In this document: positions 46,569 to 57,030 of the stretch, piece after piece
Layout: each line of letters starts with the position of its first letter
How positions within the stretch are numbered: the stretch's first letter is position 1
Origin: Desulfobulbaceae bacterium
GTDB taxonomy: Bacteria > Desulfobacterota > Desulfobulbia > Desulfobulbales > Desulfurivibrionaceae
DNA length: 64,000 bases
Direction: 5' to 3'
Assembly: GCA_003517965.1 (NCBI GenBank)
Contig: DOZO01000041.1
Span: 19,526-83,525, forward strand
Position numbers and translations under genes: made by a program
The notes under the pieces: generated by a model
What the model was told of the DNA's origin: nothing
Database searches by the model: none
What the model saw: the letters and a program-made list of their open reading frames with translations, nothing else

Positions 46569-47512
46569 TAGTCGCAGTCACCGGCGGGACGGGGTTTATA
46601 GGAAAGAGGCTGGTCGAGCGTTTGGTCGAGCGTGGGGACACCGTGCGGTTGCTGACCCGCAGTGTGACGCCAGGCGAAAACTCTTTGCCGATAGAGATTC
46701 ACAGGTGTGATCTGTTGACAGCCGGGGTTGCGGATATTTCGACAGTGCTGGACGGGGTGGAAGTTCTTTACCATTGCGCAGGACAGTTGAGGGAAATAAA
46801 CATCATGCGGGCGTTGCATGTCGGTGTAACGCAAAAGCTGGTTGAAGCGGCATCTGGCAGGGTTGGGCACTGGGTTCAGTTGAGCAGTGTGGGTGTGTAT
46901 GGCCCGATGACGCAGGGGGTGATCACCGAGGATTCAGTATTGACTCCGGCTGGAGAGTACGAGGTTACCAAGGCTGAATCTGATCAAATTGTTGTTGAGG
47001 CCGCAAACAATGGTGTTTTTACCTGTTCTGTTTTGCGGCCATCAAACGTGTTTGGCGCCGGGATGGCCAATCAGTCATTGTTTCGCATGATAGCCATGAT
47101 AGACCGGGGCTTGTTTTTTTATATCGGGAAGCCGGGTGCATCTGCAAATTATATTCATGTTAATAATGTGGCCGAGGGATTGATCTGTTGTGGGACTATG
47201 CGGGCTGCGAAGGGCAGGACGTACAATCTTTCGGATCACAGTACGATGGAAAAATTTATTGCCATTATTGCCAAGGCACTGGGTAAAGATGCACCGCGCA
47301 TGAGATTGCCAGAATCGGTTGTTCGCGCCCTTGTAAAATTGCTGGGAAATATTCCTGGGATGCCGCTTACCGAGGCCAGGGTTAATGCGCTGACGAGCAG
47401 GACAGTTTATCCAAACACAAGAATTGAGCGGGATCTGGGCTATCGTCATTTGGTGATCATGGAAGAAGGGCTGCTGGAGTTGGTGGCCTCATGGAGACAG
47501 TCGAGGCAATGA
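46565..47512 (+). CDS. NAD-dependent epimerase/dehydratase
   Basis: VTGGTGFIG, HCAG, LSSVGVYG, Y..TK, LRP.NVFG. Confidence 0.85.
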   Translation: MIVAVTGGTGFIGKRLVERLVERGDTVRLLTRSVTPGENSLPIEIHRCDLLTAGVADISTVLDGVEVLYHCAGQLREINIMRALHVGVTQKLVEAASGRVGHWVQLSSVGVYGPMTQGVITEDSVLTPAGEYEVTKAESDQIVVEAANNGVFTCSVLRPSNVFGAGMANQSLFRMIAMIDRGLFFYIGKPGASANYIHVNNVAEGLICCGTMRAAKGRTYNLSDHSTMEKFIAIIAKALGKDAPRMRLPESVVRALVKLLGNIPGMPLTEARVNALTSRTVYPNTRIERDLGYRHLVIMEEGLLELVASWRQSRQ

Positions 47513-48744
47513 CGAGCACTATGGCAGATAAATCAGAGACGCAGCAACCACCTGTTGTTCCGCTTGACGCACTGTTGAATGTGCGAGTTGCCCGTGTCTC
47601 GACAGTTGCCTTTTTCGTTGTTTCTCAGTTGAAACGCCAGATAGAATTACTCAGCGCCAGTGGGGCGCAAGTAACAGTGGTGACTGGCGGCGGGTCTGAA
47701 ATGGCCTCGTTGGAGGCTATTCCAGGGATAAATTGTGTCACCATTGATATCCCGCGCTCGATCTCGCCGTGGCGGGATCTGCTGGCTTTGCTTCGGTTGT
47801 ATCTGTTTTTCCGGCGCGGCCATATCGATATCGCGCACTCGACTACTCCCAAGGCCGGTCTGCTTACGGCCATTGCGGCATTCCTGGCAGGTGTACCGAT
47901 ACGGCTGCACACTTTTACCGGGCAGCCGTGGGTGAACATGAAGGGTGTCCGGCGTAGTCTGATCCGTGGGGGTGACAGGCTGATTGGCAAACTTAATACC
48001 CGTTGTTATGCAGACAGTGAAGGACAACGCCAATTTCTTGTCGAACAGGGGATAATTGACGACAAACAACTGTTCGTGATAGGGGCAGGTTCGTTGGCAG
48101 GAGTAGATGGAGAGCGTTTTAATCCGGCACGATTTTCAAACGAGGAGCTGATTGCCACCAGGCAAACGCTTGATATTCCTGAAAACGCACCGGTAATATT
48201 GTTTGTGGGCCGGATCACAGCTGACAAGGGTGTGCATGAATTGCTCGAGGCTTTTCGTGAGATTAAGGCGAGACAGAGCCGCGCGCATCTGGTGTTTGTC
48301 GGACGTTTCGATTCGGACAGCGGGATAAAGGGAGAAATTTGCCAAGATAAAATTGACAGCATTAGGGATACCCATATCGTTGGTCATACCGAATGTCCCG
48401 AGGCATATATGGCTATCGCGGATATCCTGTGCCTGCCAAGCTATCGCGAGGGATTTGGGACGGTTGTCATTGAGGCCGCAGCAATGGAGGTGCCGACGGT
48501 TGGCTCGGATATTTATGGTTTGGCTGATGCGGTGGTAAATGGTGAAACGGGAATCCTGGTGCCTCCGCGAGATTCGGCGGCGCTGGCAAGGGCGATGTCA
48601 ATATTGCTGGCCGATGAGGAACAGCGAGTGAAAATGGGGTGTGCTGCCAGACAAAGGAGCAGAATGCTTTTTGATGCAAATCTGATAAACGGGCAACTGA
48701 TTGAGGAATATGGCAATTTTTTCTGTAGCGTGGGCAAGCCGTGA
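47509..48744 (+). CDS. Glycosyltransferase family 4
   Basis: HS.TPKAGL, HTFTG, G.GS..GVD, FVGR...DKG, LPSYREGFG.V.IEAAA, GL.DAV..GETG. Confidence 0.92.
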   Translation: MTSTMADKSETQQPPVVPLDALLNVRVARVSTVAFFVVSQLKRQIELLSASGAQVTVVTGGGSEMASLEAIPGINCVTIDIPRSISPWRDLLALLRLYLFFRRGHIDIAHSTTPKAGLLTAIAAFLAGVPIRLHTFTGQPWVNMKGVRRSLIRGGDRLIGKLNTRCYADSEGQRQFLVEQGIIDDKQLFVIGAGSLAGVDGERFNPARFSNEELIATRQTLDIPENAPVILFVGRITADKGVHELLEAFREIKARQSRAHLVFVGRFDSDSGIKGEICQDKIDSIRDTHIVGHTECPEAYMAIADILCLPSYREGFGTVVIEAAAMEVPTVGSDIYGLADAVVNGETGILVPPRDSAALARAMSILLADEEQRVKMGCAARQRSRMLFDANLINGQLIEEYGNFFCSVGKP

Positions 48745-51639
48745 TTTCCAGAACTAAGCGTCTTGTGAGAAATGCCTCATTATTGAGTAAAGAATCTTTG
48801 CAGACACGTTATCTCTGGATATTTGCCTTTTGTTTCGCGACGGTTTCCTCGCTACTGTTCCAGAAATTTATGCTGCCGCTACTGCCGTCCATACATGCAG
48901 GTTCCGGCTTGCTTATGAATGACGCGGAGTACTACCATAAATCTGCGCTGCTTATTGCGGAGAATATTCGCGGGCATGGCTGGTCGGCATGGTCGATTTG
49001 GTCGGTACAAACCAATACGGGGGGTAATGTAGCCGTTCTTGCCGCGCTATATGCCATTTTTCAGGTAGACCCTGCCCTGGTTATCCCGGTTAACGCCTTT
49101 TTCCAGGCAAGCAGCGCTTTTTTGCTTCTCCTTATTGGGCGTGAATTGTGGCCCGGTCGGGCAGGCAATATTGCCGGGTTGGTCGTTGCGGTGCTTTTTG
49201 TAGTCTTTCCCTCATCGCTCAGCTGGTACAGTCAACCGCTTAAGGATTGTTACGTCATCACCGGTATGCTGCTGATTCTCTATACCTGGCTCAAGGCGCT
49301 TCATTCCTTGCCAGAGAAAGGCAGTCTGGCGGCGCTTCTTGCATGGATGTGGTTGGGCATCCTGCTGGTTGCCTTTGTTAAACTGTATTATCTCAAGCTG
49401 TTGCTTGTTGTTGCGGGAATGACTGCCTGTCTTGTGGCGGGTCATTTTCTGCGGGTGAAACATCCTCAACGTTACCGCGTTTTGTTTTTTTACTTCGTTG
49501 CTGTTTTTCTCATAGCCATAACATTGCAAATTATGCTCCCTTTTGTGAAGGAGCATAGCGAGGGGTATGCCGTATGGACCCCTGCTGTTATTGACACTAC
49601 GCAAGCGTGGCGATGGCAGGAATCACCCTGGCTGCCAGATACCCTGGAAAGATATTGGGAGACAGTAGCGAAAACCCGTGCTGGCATGATAGAGCACAAT
49701 TATCGCGTTAGTGCCGGCTCGATTATCGATGCAGAAAGAGCGCCGCAGTCAGTTTCTGAGATACTTCTGTATTTGCCGCGCGCCCTGCAGATCGCCTTGT
49801 TTGCGCCATTCCCAGATACATGGTTACAGAAGCCCAGCTTGGTTAGGTTTATCGGCGTATGCGAAACGGTGCTCTGGTATTGCATCTTTCCCGGCCTGTT
49901 GTTCGCGTTGTATTACCGGCGCACACTTGCGATGGCGGTAACCTTGTTGTTTGCCGTTTTTTTTATGACGGTATTCAGCTTTGTGACCCCAAACGTCGGC
50001 TCTTTATATCGTTACCGGTATGTCTATGAATTTATGTTGATGGTTATCGCCATTGGTGGTTGGGTTCAGTTTTTTTTGAATCATCCGGGCAAAAAAAAAA
50101 GACGCGCATCAGAAGCCTGCCCGGAGGCCTTCGCTTTGGCAGAGAGCAATAATCTGGTTCAGCACAGAGACACAAAGAAAAATCTTATCAGTGTTGCTGC
50201 TACGGTTTCTTTGCTGACACTGATCGGGGCACTGGGTTTTTTTGCCCGCGATCTCTTTATGATCCGTTGGTTTGGCGCGGGTAATGAGATGGATAATTTT
50301 TGTCTCGGTGCTTTCCATCCCGGCCGGAACGGCAATGACCCCGGTATTTTCTGTATTACAGAATGTTTCCGATCGGTTGACACAGGCAAGAGTTATCGCT
50401 TCAGCAGCGCTTTTTTTGTCGCTGCTGCTTGCCTTAGTCTCTATCCTTTTGTATTTTCTGGCGCCCTATCTATTTTCGGCGTTGAGCTGGCATTATAGTG
50501 ATGAAAAGATGGCAGTGATTCTTAAGATCATGAATATTTATTTGGTGATTCTGCTGCTCAGTGGTTTGGTAGTTACTGCCAATGCCATTCTCAATACCGA
50601 GGGGATATTGATATTTCCGACGGTGGCACAATTGGCAGTGCCGGTTGTGGTATTTATGGCACTGTTAATGTTTGGTGCGGCGCATGGGATCAATGCTGCT
50701 GCTTATGGCATGTTGGCTGGGCAAATCGTGAACCTTGTTCTGGTTGTTTATGCACTCAGGCGATGGGTATCTTTACCGTTGCTCCGGCCGGACATCTCGA
50801 TGGCGCTCCAGCAGCTACCTTTTTATCAGTATTTTATTCTTGTGGCGGCCTCACTGTCGGCTGCGCTGGTTGTCCCGGTAGCAAATGCAATAGCGGCTAA
50901 GTTGCCAGTTGGTAGTATTGCTATCATTGGTTTGGGTTTGAAGGTTGTTTTGCTGGTCACGGGCGTACTCGGGATGGGCATGACAACGGTGTTGTTACCG
51001 TATTTTTCCAATCTGGTGGCAAAATTTAATCATCATCAGGCAAGATCTGATCTGTCTTTTTTTCTATTGTTGGTAACCTTGCTCAGTGTTCCGGCAGCAC
51101 TTGTCCTGACAGTGCTGGCAGAATTCGTAACTGTTGCAGTGTTTGCAAACAGTGCGCTAAGCGAAGTAGACATACATAATGTGGTAAGAGTGATTCAATA
51201 CGGGGTGATCCAGTTGCCCTTTTTCACATGTGGGCTGGTGGCCATTAAATTCATCACCGCCTATCAGCGCACCTGGATTATCCTGCTGTCATCGCTGGTG
51301 GGTCTGGTGCTGACCGTTATTTTGGGCGTGTTTCTCGCAAAATTATTCGGGGTTGGCGGCATTTCCCTGGCCATGACATTATCGATGGCGGTTTCAGCGG
51401 CAATTCTGGTTTCTTATGCAAACTACCTCAAACATTTACCGGTTTCTGATAGTGTATTTATTGTGTTTAACTGGATTCTCTTTATTACCCTTTTTATTTG
51501 CCTGCATTATCGTGTGTATGTAGCAGCGGTAATTTCCGGAAGCGCATATCTTCTCCTGGTGGCAGGCAACTGGCATGCGATGATTGTTCATGCATACGGA
51601 GGTAAAATACCCCTTCGATATCGCTATAAAGTGGGTTGA
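48741..51639 (+). pseudogene. Polytopic membrane protein (Wzy/GT-C-like) fused to a MurJ/MOP flippase, frameshifted near 50295
   Basis: ORF1 (48741-50498) has D...Y, LKD and N.G.L.RYR motifs, then a MurJ N-terminus (LG..RD......FGAG.EMD). The MurJ body continues in the +1 frame (ORF 50272-51639: VSVLSIPAG.A..P..., LLPYFS). Confidence 0.7.
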
Positions 51640-51717
51640 CGACTGAATTCCGGCGTGTTGATACAGCAGGACGGAACATCTCGCACGCTGTGCTGCGGAC
51701 AGCGTAAGGGCTTTTGC

Positions 51718-51771
51718 ATGAAACGACTGTTTGATCTGATTCTGGCTCTTTGGGCAACGGTTGTTCTGTAG
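51718..51771 (+). pseudogene. 5' remnant of a priming sugar (phosphoglycosyl) transferase
   Basis: ATG after AAGGG gives MKRLFDLILALWATVVL*, the KR.FD signature of bacterial sugar transferases. It stops at TAGTTCAGGGGACAG. Confidence 0.75.
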
Positions 51772-51935
51772 TTCAGGGGACAGTTTACTTTTAACTATAC
51801 GCTTACTCCATAAGAAAAAGGGCGTACCGGAGGGGCCATTTTCGGGAATTCTGGGATCATTATATTTAACTCTAAGGCTCCTCGTAAGCGCTTTGTTAGT
51901 TGAACACAAAAGGATATTATTATGCGATATTTCCA

Positions 51936-52019
51936 AATGAACATCGTGAGGAGTTGATGGAGGATTGGAATCTATGTCGTGCCAAACAGCTACTCAAACA
52001 AATCAAGCCCCTGGAGTAG
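51936..52019 (+). pseudogene. 3' remnant of a DUF4160-family gene
   Basis: EHREELMEDWNLCRAKQLLKQIKPLE* fits the H..EL...W.........I.PL C-terminus. Overlaps the DUF2442 start. Confidence 0.65.
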
Positions 52020-52298
52020 TTCCCTCGGTTCCGTGGAGGATCCGTGACTTAAGTGTGTTGCCAGATTGGCAACTCTCTGTGACCGTTTAACGACGGTTTG
52101 GTTGGGACGGTGGATATTTCCGAATTAATCAATTCCCCTGCCCCAGGCATTTTTGCAGCCCTGCGGGATCCGTTATATTTTGCACAAGCCTATTTGGATT
52201 ATGGTGCTGTAGCGTGGCCTAATGGTGCCGACATAGCCCCGGAAGCTATGTATGAAGCTATTCGTCAAACAGGATTATGGCAAGTTGCTGACGTATGA
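51974..52298 (+). pseudogene. DUF2442-family gene with +1 frameshift at ~52085
   Basis: ...PWRIRDLSVLPDWQLSVT / FNDGLVGTVD...GIFAALRDP..F.QAYLDYGAV.WPNGADIAPE.MY. Confidence 0.75.
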
Positions 52299-52606
52299 TG
52301 TGGGCAAGCCAAGCGTGGATATAGTTCCGGGTACCAAGTTTCGTAAACATGGCTGCCCCTCGAACGGTTGCAGCTGGATGTTGAGGTGGTGACCAGCGTC
52401 TTCAATAGGAGTGAGGTTTTTTTGCAACAATCTTGATGTTTCTTGCAACGTATTGCTTGTTAATTGTCGGTGTAACCTCCCGTAACTAAATGATTTTATC
52501 ATTTTTAATTTCAATATGCTTGTAATGGTCTGCTTTTTGCATCTGATCTGTATGGTATCGTTATCGTTGTAAAATACACACAGAGCAGAAAAAGAGTGTT
52601 TATCAT

Positions 52607-53590
52607 ATGGATTCATTACAGCACACCATCAAAAGGCCGGTAAGCTTCGCGGGTATCGGCCTTCATTCCGGCAAGATTGCCACCCTCGCCATTTTGCCTG
52701 GTGAAGAAAACAGTGGGATTCGTTTTGTCCGCAGTGATTTGCCGGAGGCCCCGCCAACTCCAGCCTTCATGAACCGGATCGTGGATACTCGGCTTGCCAC
52801 CACTATCGCTACCGAGGATGAGGCGATGATCTCTACCACGGAACATCTGCTGGCCGCGCTTTTTGGCATGGGCATTGATAACGCGGTGGTCGAACTGGAT
52901 GGTGCCGAAGTGCCCATTATGGATGGCAGCGCCGGTCCCTTTGTGCATGTTCTTAAAAAAGTTGGTCGTCGTCAGCAGAACGCCTGTAAGTGGATGCTCA
53001 GGGTGAACAAGGAAATCTCCTATTTCGAGGGCGATTCTTTCGTGAAGATTTTGCCTTATAAAGGGTTCAAGGTCACCTGCGAGATTGAGTTTAACCATCA
53101 TTTGATCAGGAAGCAGGTTTTTTCCAGTGAATTGACGCCGCAAAAATTTGCTCAGGAGGTTGCCGGAGCAAGAACCTTCGGTTTTTTGGATCAGGTCGAG
53201 AAGCTCAGACAGAGCGGTCTTGCCCTGGGTGGTTCTTTGGAAAATGCCGTAGTTATTGACGATGATGGCATAGTTAATGCCGAAGGTCTGCGTTTTGTCG
53301 ATGAGTTTGCCAGGCACAAGGCCTTGGACGTGATTGGTGATCTGGCGCTGCTGGGTTTCCCATTGCTTGGCCATATTGTGACCAAAAAATCAGGCCATAC
53401 CCATCATTTCTCCTTGATGAAGCAACTCGCGGCTCAGCCTGAGCGTTGGGATCTTATCGCCTATGAGGAAGAAGGGGAGAGTCGGGTGCTTGAAAAAGTG
53501 GTCTTGAGCACCAAGGAGGCTGGCGACAAACTGTTGTCCTATCTGTTGCCGCCCAGCATCGCCCTTGCTGGGCAACCTTGCTTTGCTTAA
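52607..53590 (+). CDS. lpxC: UDP-3-O-acyl-GlcNAc deacetylase
   Basis: Q.TI...V...GIGLHSG, TEHLLAAL, GIDN, E.PIMDGSA, ARTFGF, GGSLENA, HKALD.IGDL, SGH. Confidence 0.96.
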   Translation: MDSLQHTIKRPVSFAGIGLHSGKIATLAILPGEENSGIRFVRSDLPEAPPTPAFMNRIVDTRLATTIATEDEAMISTTEHLLAALFGMGIDNAVVELDGAEVPIMDGSAGPFVHVLKKVGRRQQNACKWMLRVNKEISYFEGDSFVKILPYKGFKVTCEIEFNHHLIRKQVFSSELTPQKFAQEVAGARTFGFLDQVEKLRQSGLALGGSLENAVVIDDDGIVNAEGLRFVDEFARHKALDVIGDLALLGFPLLGHIVTKKSGHTHHFSLMKQLAAQPERWDLIAYEEEGESRVLEKVVLSTKEAGDKLLSYLLPPSIALAGQPCFA

Positions 53591-53617
53591 ATGATGCAAC
53601 CTCACCTGAGAGGAACG

Positions 53618-53652
53618 ACCCGCGGATGTTGCAAAACTCCGCGGGTTTTTTT
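53618..53652 (+). terminator. Intrinsic terminator after lpxC
   Basis: ACCCGCGGA-loop-TCCGCGGGT followed by a T-run. Confidence 0.7.
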
Positions 53653-53798
53653 ACGCCCGGCGCAGGGGGTGTTTTGCTGAATCCTGCTTGCAATGCAGGG
53701 AAAAATTGGTACGATGCTGCATTATCAGTATTGTTGACCAAGCATGGTCGGATTTTTCAATTTATTCATTAACAGCCCCTAAGCATGAGGAGCATAAT

Positions 53799-54635
53799 AT
53801 GGGTTTTTCAGGAAAACTTGGTTTTGTTGGCGGGGGGTTGATGGCCGAAGCCCTGATCAAGGGGATAATCGGGGCCGGGCTTGTTGAGGCAGGGCAGATT
53901 CTGGCCGCAGATCCCAGCAGTGACCGGCAGGCCTTGTTGCACAAAGAATATAAAGTGGCCACGGTTTCAGAGGCCACGGCTGTCTGGGCGGAGTGCAAGG
54001 TTGTTGTTCTCGCGGTCAAGCCTCAGGTTTTAGGGGGAGTCCTTAGAGATTCTCGAGATAAGATCAAGGCCGATCATCTGCTTATCTCCATCGCCGCCGG
54101 TATCCCGCTATCCGTGCTGGAAGGTGCAGTTTCCGGATGTGGTTGTCGGGTTATTCGGGTGATGCCCAATACCCCGGCTATTGTGCTTAAGGGCGCATCT
54201 GCTTTGAGTCCTGGCCAGGGGGTGACTTCTGAGGATATGGCTTGCGCCGCCAGCATCTTTGATGCGGTCGGCATAAGCATTGTCTTGGATGAGACCTACC
54301 TTGACGCAGTTACCGGCTTGAGCGGCAGCGGCCCGGCCTATGTGTTTACCTTTATCGAAGCCTTGATCGACGCCGGGGTTAAAGTGGGTCTGGCCCGACC
54401 TGTGGCCCAGAGTCTTGCCTTGCAAACGGTGCTTGGTTCGGTTCTCCTGGCGTTGGATGGCAACAGGCATCCTGCCGAGTTAAGGGCCATGGTAACCTCG
54501 CCCGGCGGCACAACCATTGCCGGTCTGCATGAGCTTGAAAAAGGGGCCTTCCGTTCGCTGGTCACCAATGCGGTGGAAGCAGCCACCAACCGTTCTTGTG
54601 AACTCGGTCGGCTTGTCGTTGCTGACTCCTTGTAG
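53799..54635 (+). CDS. proC: Pyrroline-5-carboxylate reductase
   Basis: GFVGGG.MA, LAVKPQ, SIAAG, RVMPNTP, TGLSGSGPAY, VTSPGGTT. GAGGAG SD before ATG 53799. Confidence 0.96.
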   Translation: MGFSGKLGFVGGGLMAEALIKGIIGAGLVEAGQILAADPSSDRQALLHKEYKVATVSEATAVWAECKVVVLAVKPQVLGGVLRDSRDKIKADHLLISIAAGIPLSVLEGAVSGCGCRVIRVMPNTPAIVLKGASALSPGQGVTSEDMACAASIFDAVGISIVLDETYLDAVTGLSGSGPAYVFTFIEALIDAGVKVGLARPVAQSLALQTVLGSVLLALDGNRHPAELRAMVTSPGGTTIAGLHELEKGAFRSLVTNAVEAATNRSCELGRLVVADSL

Positions 54636-54647
54636 ATTGGGATTGTA

Positions 54648-55484
54648 ATGGAAATCCGTAAGGTTGGGATCATCTGTAAAAAGGATTCTTCCGCCGCTCT
54701 GGGGATGAGCAGGGAACTGCTTGCCTGGCTGGGTGAACGGGGTATTGTCGCCTCAGTTGATAGCATTGCTGATGACATGGATCTGCTGATCATTCTGGGT
54801 GGAGATGGCACCTTGCTCCATGTCGCGGATCAAGCAAGTCGACTGCAAGTGCCGGTGGTCGGGGTAAATCTTGGTGATCTTGGATTTTTGACCGAAGTGG
54901 CGGTCAGCGAGCGCTATGCGGTTTTGGAAAGTATTCTGGCCGGACAGGTTGTGGTTGAGGAAAGGCTGATGCTTAAGGTCAGACTTCATCATGGCGCCGA
55001 GACGGTTGCCTGGCGTTATGCATTAAATGATGTCGTCGTTAGCAAGGGCAGCGCCGACCGGCTTGCTCAGTTGAGTACCTGGGCTGATCAGGAGTACATC
55101 ACCACCTACCGGGCGGATGGTCTGATCTTTTCCACGCCTACCGGTTCCACGGCCTATAACCTCTCCGCTGGCGGGCCTATCGTCAACCCGGCTTTGCAGT
55201 CCATCCTGGTCACGCCGATCTGCCCGTTCATGCTGGAAAGTCGTCCGGTGCTTCTCCCTGCCTCGGTTTGTCTTACCACCAGACTTGCCGAACAGGCTGA
55301 CAGGGTAAAGGTTATTGTCGATGGCCAGCCGGCCTGGGAGATGTCGGCCAACGACACCCTGGAGGTAATGGCCTCGGAAAGACCTTTGCGGCTTATCTGT
55401 TCTCCGCAGAAGGATTATTTTGAAATCTTGCGCAATAAGTTGAACTGGGGTGGTCGGGCAGGTGAGATGCGCAAAAAATCGTAA
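54648..55484 (+). CDS. nadK: NAD kinase
   Basis: LGGDGTLL, GVN.G.LGFL, ALND, DGLI.STPTGSTAY.LSAGGP, DGQ. Confidence 0.95.
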   Translation: MEIRKVGIICKKDSSAALGMSRELLAWLGERGIVASVDSIADDMDLLIILGGDGTLLHVADQASRLQVPVVGVNLGDLGFLTEVAVSERYAVLESILAGQVVVEERLMLKVRLHHGAETVAWRYALNDVVVSKGSADRLAQLSTWADQEYITTYRADGLIFSTPTGSTAYNLSAGGPIVNPALQSILVTPICPFMLESRPVLLPASVCLTTRLAEQADRVKVIVDGQPAWEMSANDTLEVMASERPLRLICSPQKDYFEILRNKLNWGGRAGEMRKKS

Positions 55485-55510
55485 GCGGTGATGGTTGCGT
55501 ATTGGAGCAT

Positions 55511-55555
55511 AAAAAAAGCGGATGCCTCTTTGCCTTGAGGCCTCCGCTTTTTTTT
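55511..55555. terminator. Bidirectional intrinsic terminator
   Basis: A7-GCGGA.GCCTC...GAGGC.TCCGC-T8 between convergent nadK and the YtxH gene. Confidence 0.8.
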
Positions 55556-55579
55556 ATGGCCAAGTTTTGCGTACGGTTT

Positions 55580-55969
55580 TTAATCCTTTCCTGCAAGTTT
55601 GTGAGACAGTGCTTCCCGCTCTTCCTGCATGGCAATCTTCCCGGCTTCAATGGCTTCGTTGAGGGTTCGTTTTTTATCGTCGAGAAATTCCTTGCCCTGC
55701 GCGGCAAGGTCTGTGCCGCGGCTGATGAGTTCCTTGCCCTTGGCGATCATATCTTTGCTTCGTTCAAGAGCGGTTTCTTTGTATTCCTCAAAATCATCAG
55801 GGAAGGTCTTGGCTCTTTCCTTTAGCTCGGCTCCATAGTCGGCCAGCCTTTCCCGGGTTTCCTGCCCTGTCCTTGGGGCGGTTAACAGGGCTATAGCTGC
55901 CCCGACAACGGTGCCGGCCAGGAAGGATAGTACTGCCGTGCTGGAATTGTCGCAGTTGTCTCTGCTCAT
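55580..55969 (-). CDS. YtxH-domain protein
   Basis: FLAG..VGAAIALL.AP..G.ETR..L followed by an amphipathic helical region. Confidence 0.85.
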   Translation of the reverse strand: MSRDNCDNSSTAVLSFLAGTVVGAAIALLTAPRTGQETRERLADYGAELKERAKTFPDDFEEYKETALERSKDMIAKGKELISRGTDLAAQGKEFLDDKKRTLNEAIEAGKIAMQEEREALSHKLAGKD

Positions 55970-56370
55970 ATCAGGCTCCTTTTTTTGGTTGTTTTTAAGG
56001 ATCGGTTGAGAAAATGTGCAAAAGTCATTATTCCGGTGCTGAAACCGCCTATTTTGCTGATAAAGGGGCTTACCGTTTCTTTGAGTATGGTGGCGGTGGT
56101 GAGCAAAATGTCTGCCGATTTCTGGGCGGTGTAGATAACCTTGTCTGTTTTTTCCAGCTTGTCGCTTAATGAAATTGAGAGGAGCTGGATTTCATGGGAT
56201 GCCTTGGTCAGGGATTTGCACAGCGGGTCAACATGCGTGTTCAAGGCATCGATAAAAACTTCAATCTTCTGCCAGGTACGTCGGAATTGGAGGAAGGTTG
56301 GAACTATGGCGACGGCAATGGCAAAAAGGCTTACGGCGCTAAGCATGGAGAAAAAATCTGAATAGGTCAA
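55966..56370 (-). CDS. DUF948-like membrane-anchored coiled-coil protein
   Basis: N-terminal TM helix then coiled coil; overlaps the YtxH start, a usual pairing. Confidence 0.6.
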   Translation of the reverse strand: MTYSDFFSMLSAVSLFAIAVAIVPTFLQFRRTWQKIEVFIDALNTHVDPLCKSLTKASHEIQLLSISLSDKLEKTDKVIYTAQKSADILLTTATILKETVSPFISKIGGFSTGIMTFAHFLNRSLKTTKKRSLI

Positions 56371-56503
56371 TTCCGTTGCTCCTGTGTGGGCCAGTAATAG
56401 TGATACAATAGCATGTGTATATCATAGAGGTGTTTGTTCAGGGCTGCAAGAAGAAAAGTCGTCAACTGTTGACGCAGGTGGTGGCCTTATGACAGATATA
56501 GCG

Positions 56504-56896
56504 TTACCTGCACGCCAGGCTGATAATCAGCGGGATAACATGTATCTTTTTGGAAACGGTCTGGGTAGTGCCGAGCTTCCAGTCGGTACAGGTAGCCTTG
56601 TCGCCCAATAGTGCGTCGATCTCCGTTACCAGACCCTTGATGTTGATGATGGGGTGGCGGTTGAACACTCCGGGCAGACCGTAGGTCAGATTGCAGGCCA
56701 GACATTTGCCTGGACGCTCGTGGAGTTCGAGGGCCAGGGTGAGGGTGTCGGCTGTCTGCTCCTTGAAAATCAGGTGGATGTCGTAGGCCCCTTCTTCGGC
56801 GTTGCCGAACAGGGCATCGAAGAAAGCGTGGGCCCGTTCGGGTGGAAAGAGGGCTTGCAGGGTTTCCGGGGTAAAAATATCCTGTGCGCTGTCCAT
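56504..56896 (-). CDS. Conserved hypothetical protein with CxxC
   Basis: LFP..R...FF.ALFG..EEGAYDI, RPGKCLACNLTYGLP.VF.RHP. AAGGA SD. Confidence 0.7.
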   Translation of the reverse strand: MDSAQDIFTPETLQALFPPERAHAFFDALFGNAEEGAYDIHLIFKEQTADTLTLALELHERPGKCLACNLTYGLPGVFNRHPIINIKGLVTEIDALLGDKATCTDWKLGTTQTVSKKIHVIPLIISLACR

Positions 56897-57030
56897 GTAT
56901 ATTTCCTTGGCCTTGAGTGAAAAAAGTTTTGTTGATGTCTGTTTGCCATGTTCAGGTACTCTACCAGTCAGGTATTAAAATTCAACTTTTTTGTCGATTG
57001 CCGCCCTACTGATGTGTTAGAGTTGCCGCC

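Noticed and set aside
50091-50100. A10 slippage as the cause of the MurJ frameshift
   Set aside because: MurJ-like sequence continues in the ORF1 frame for ~200 bp after the tract, so the break is at ~50295.
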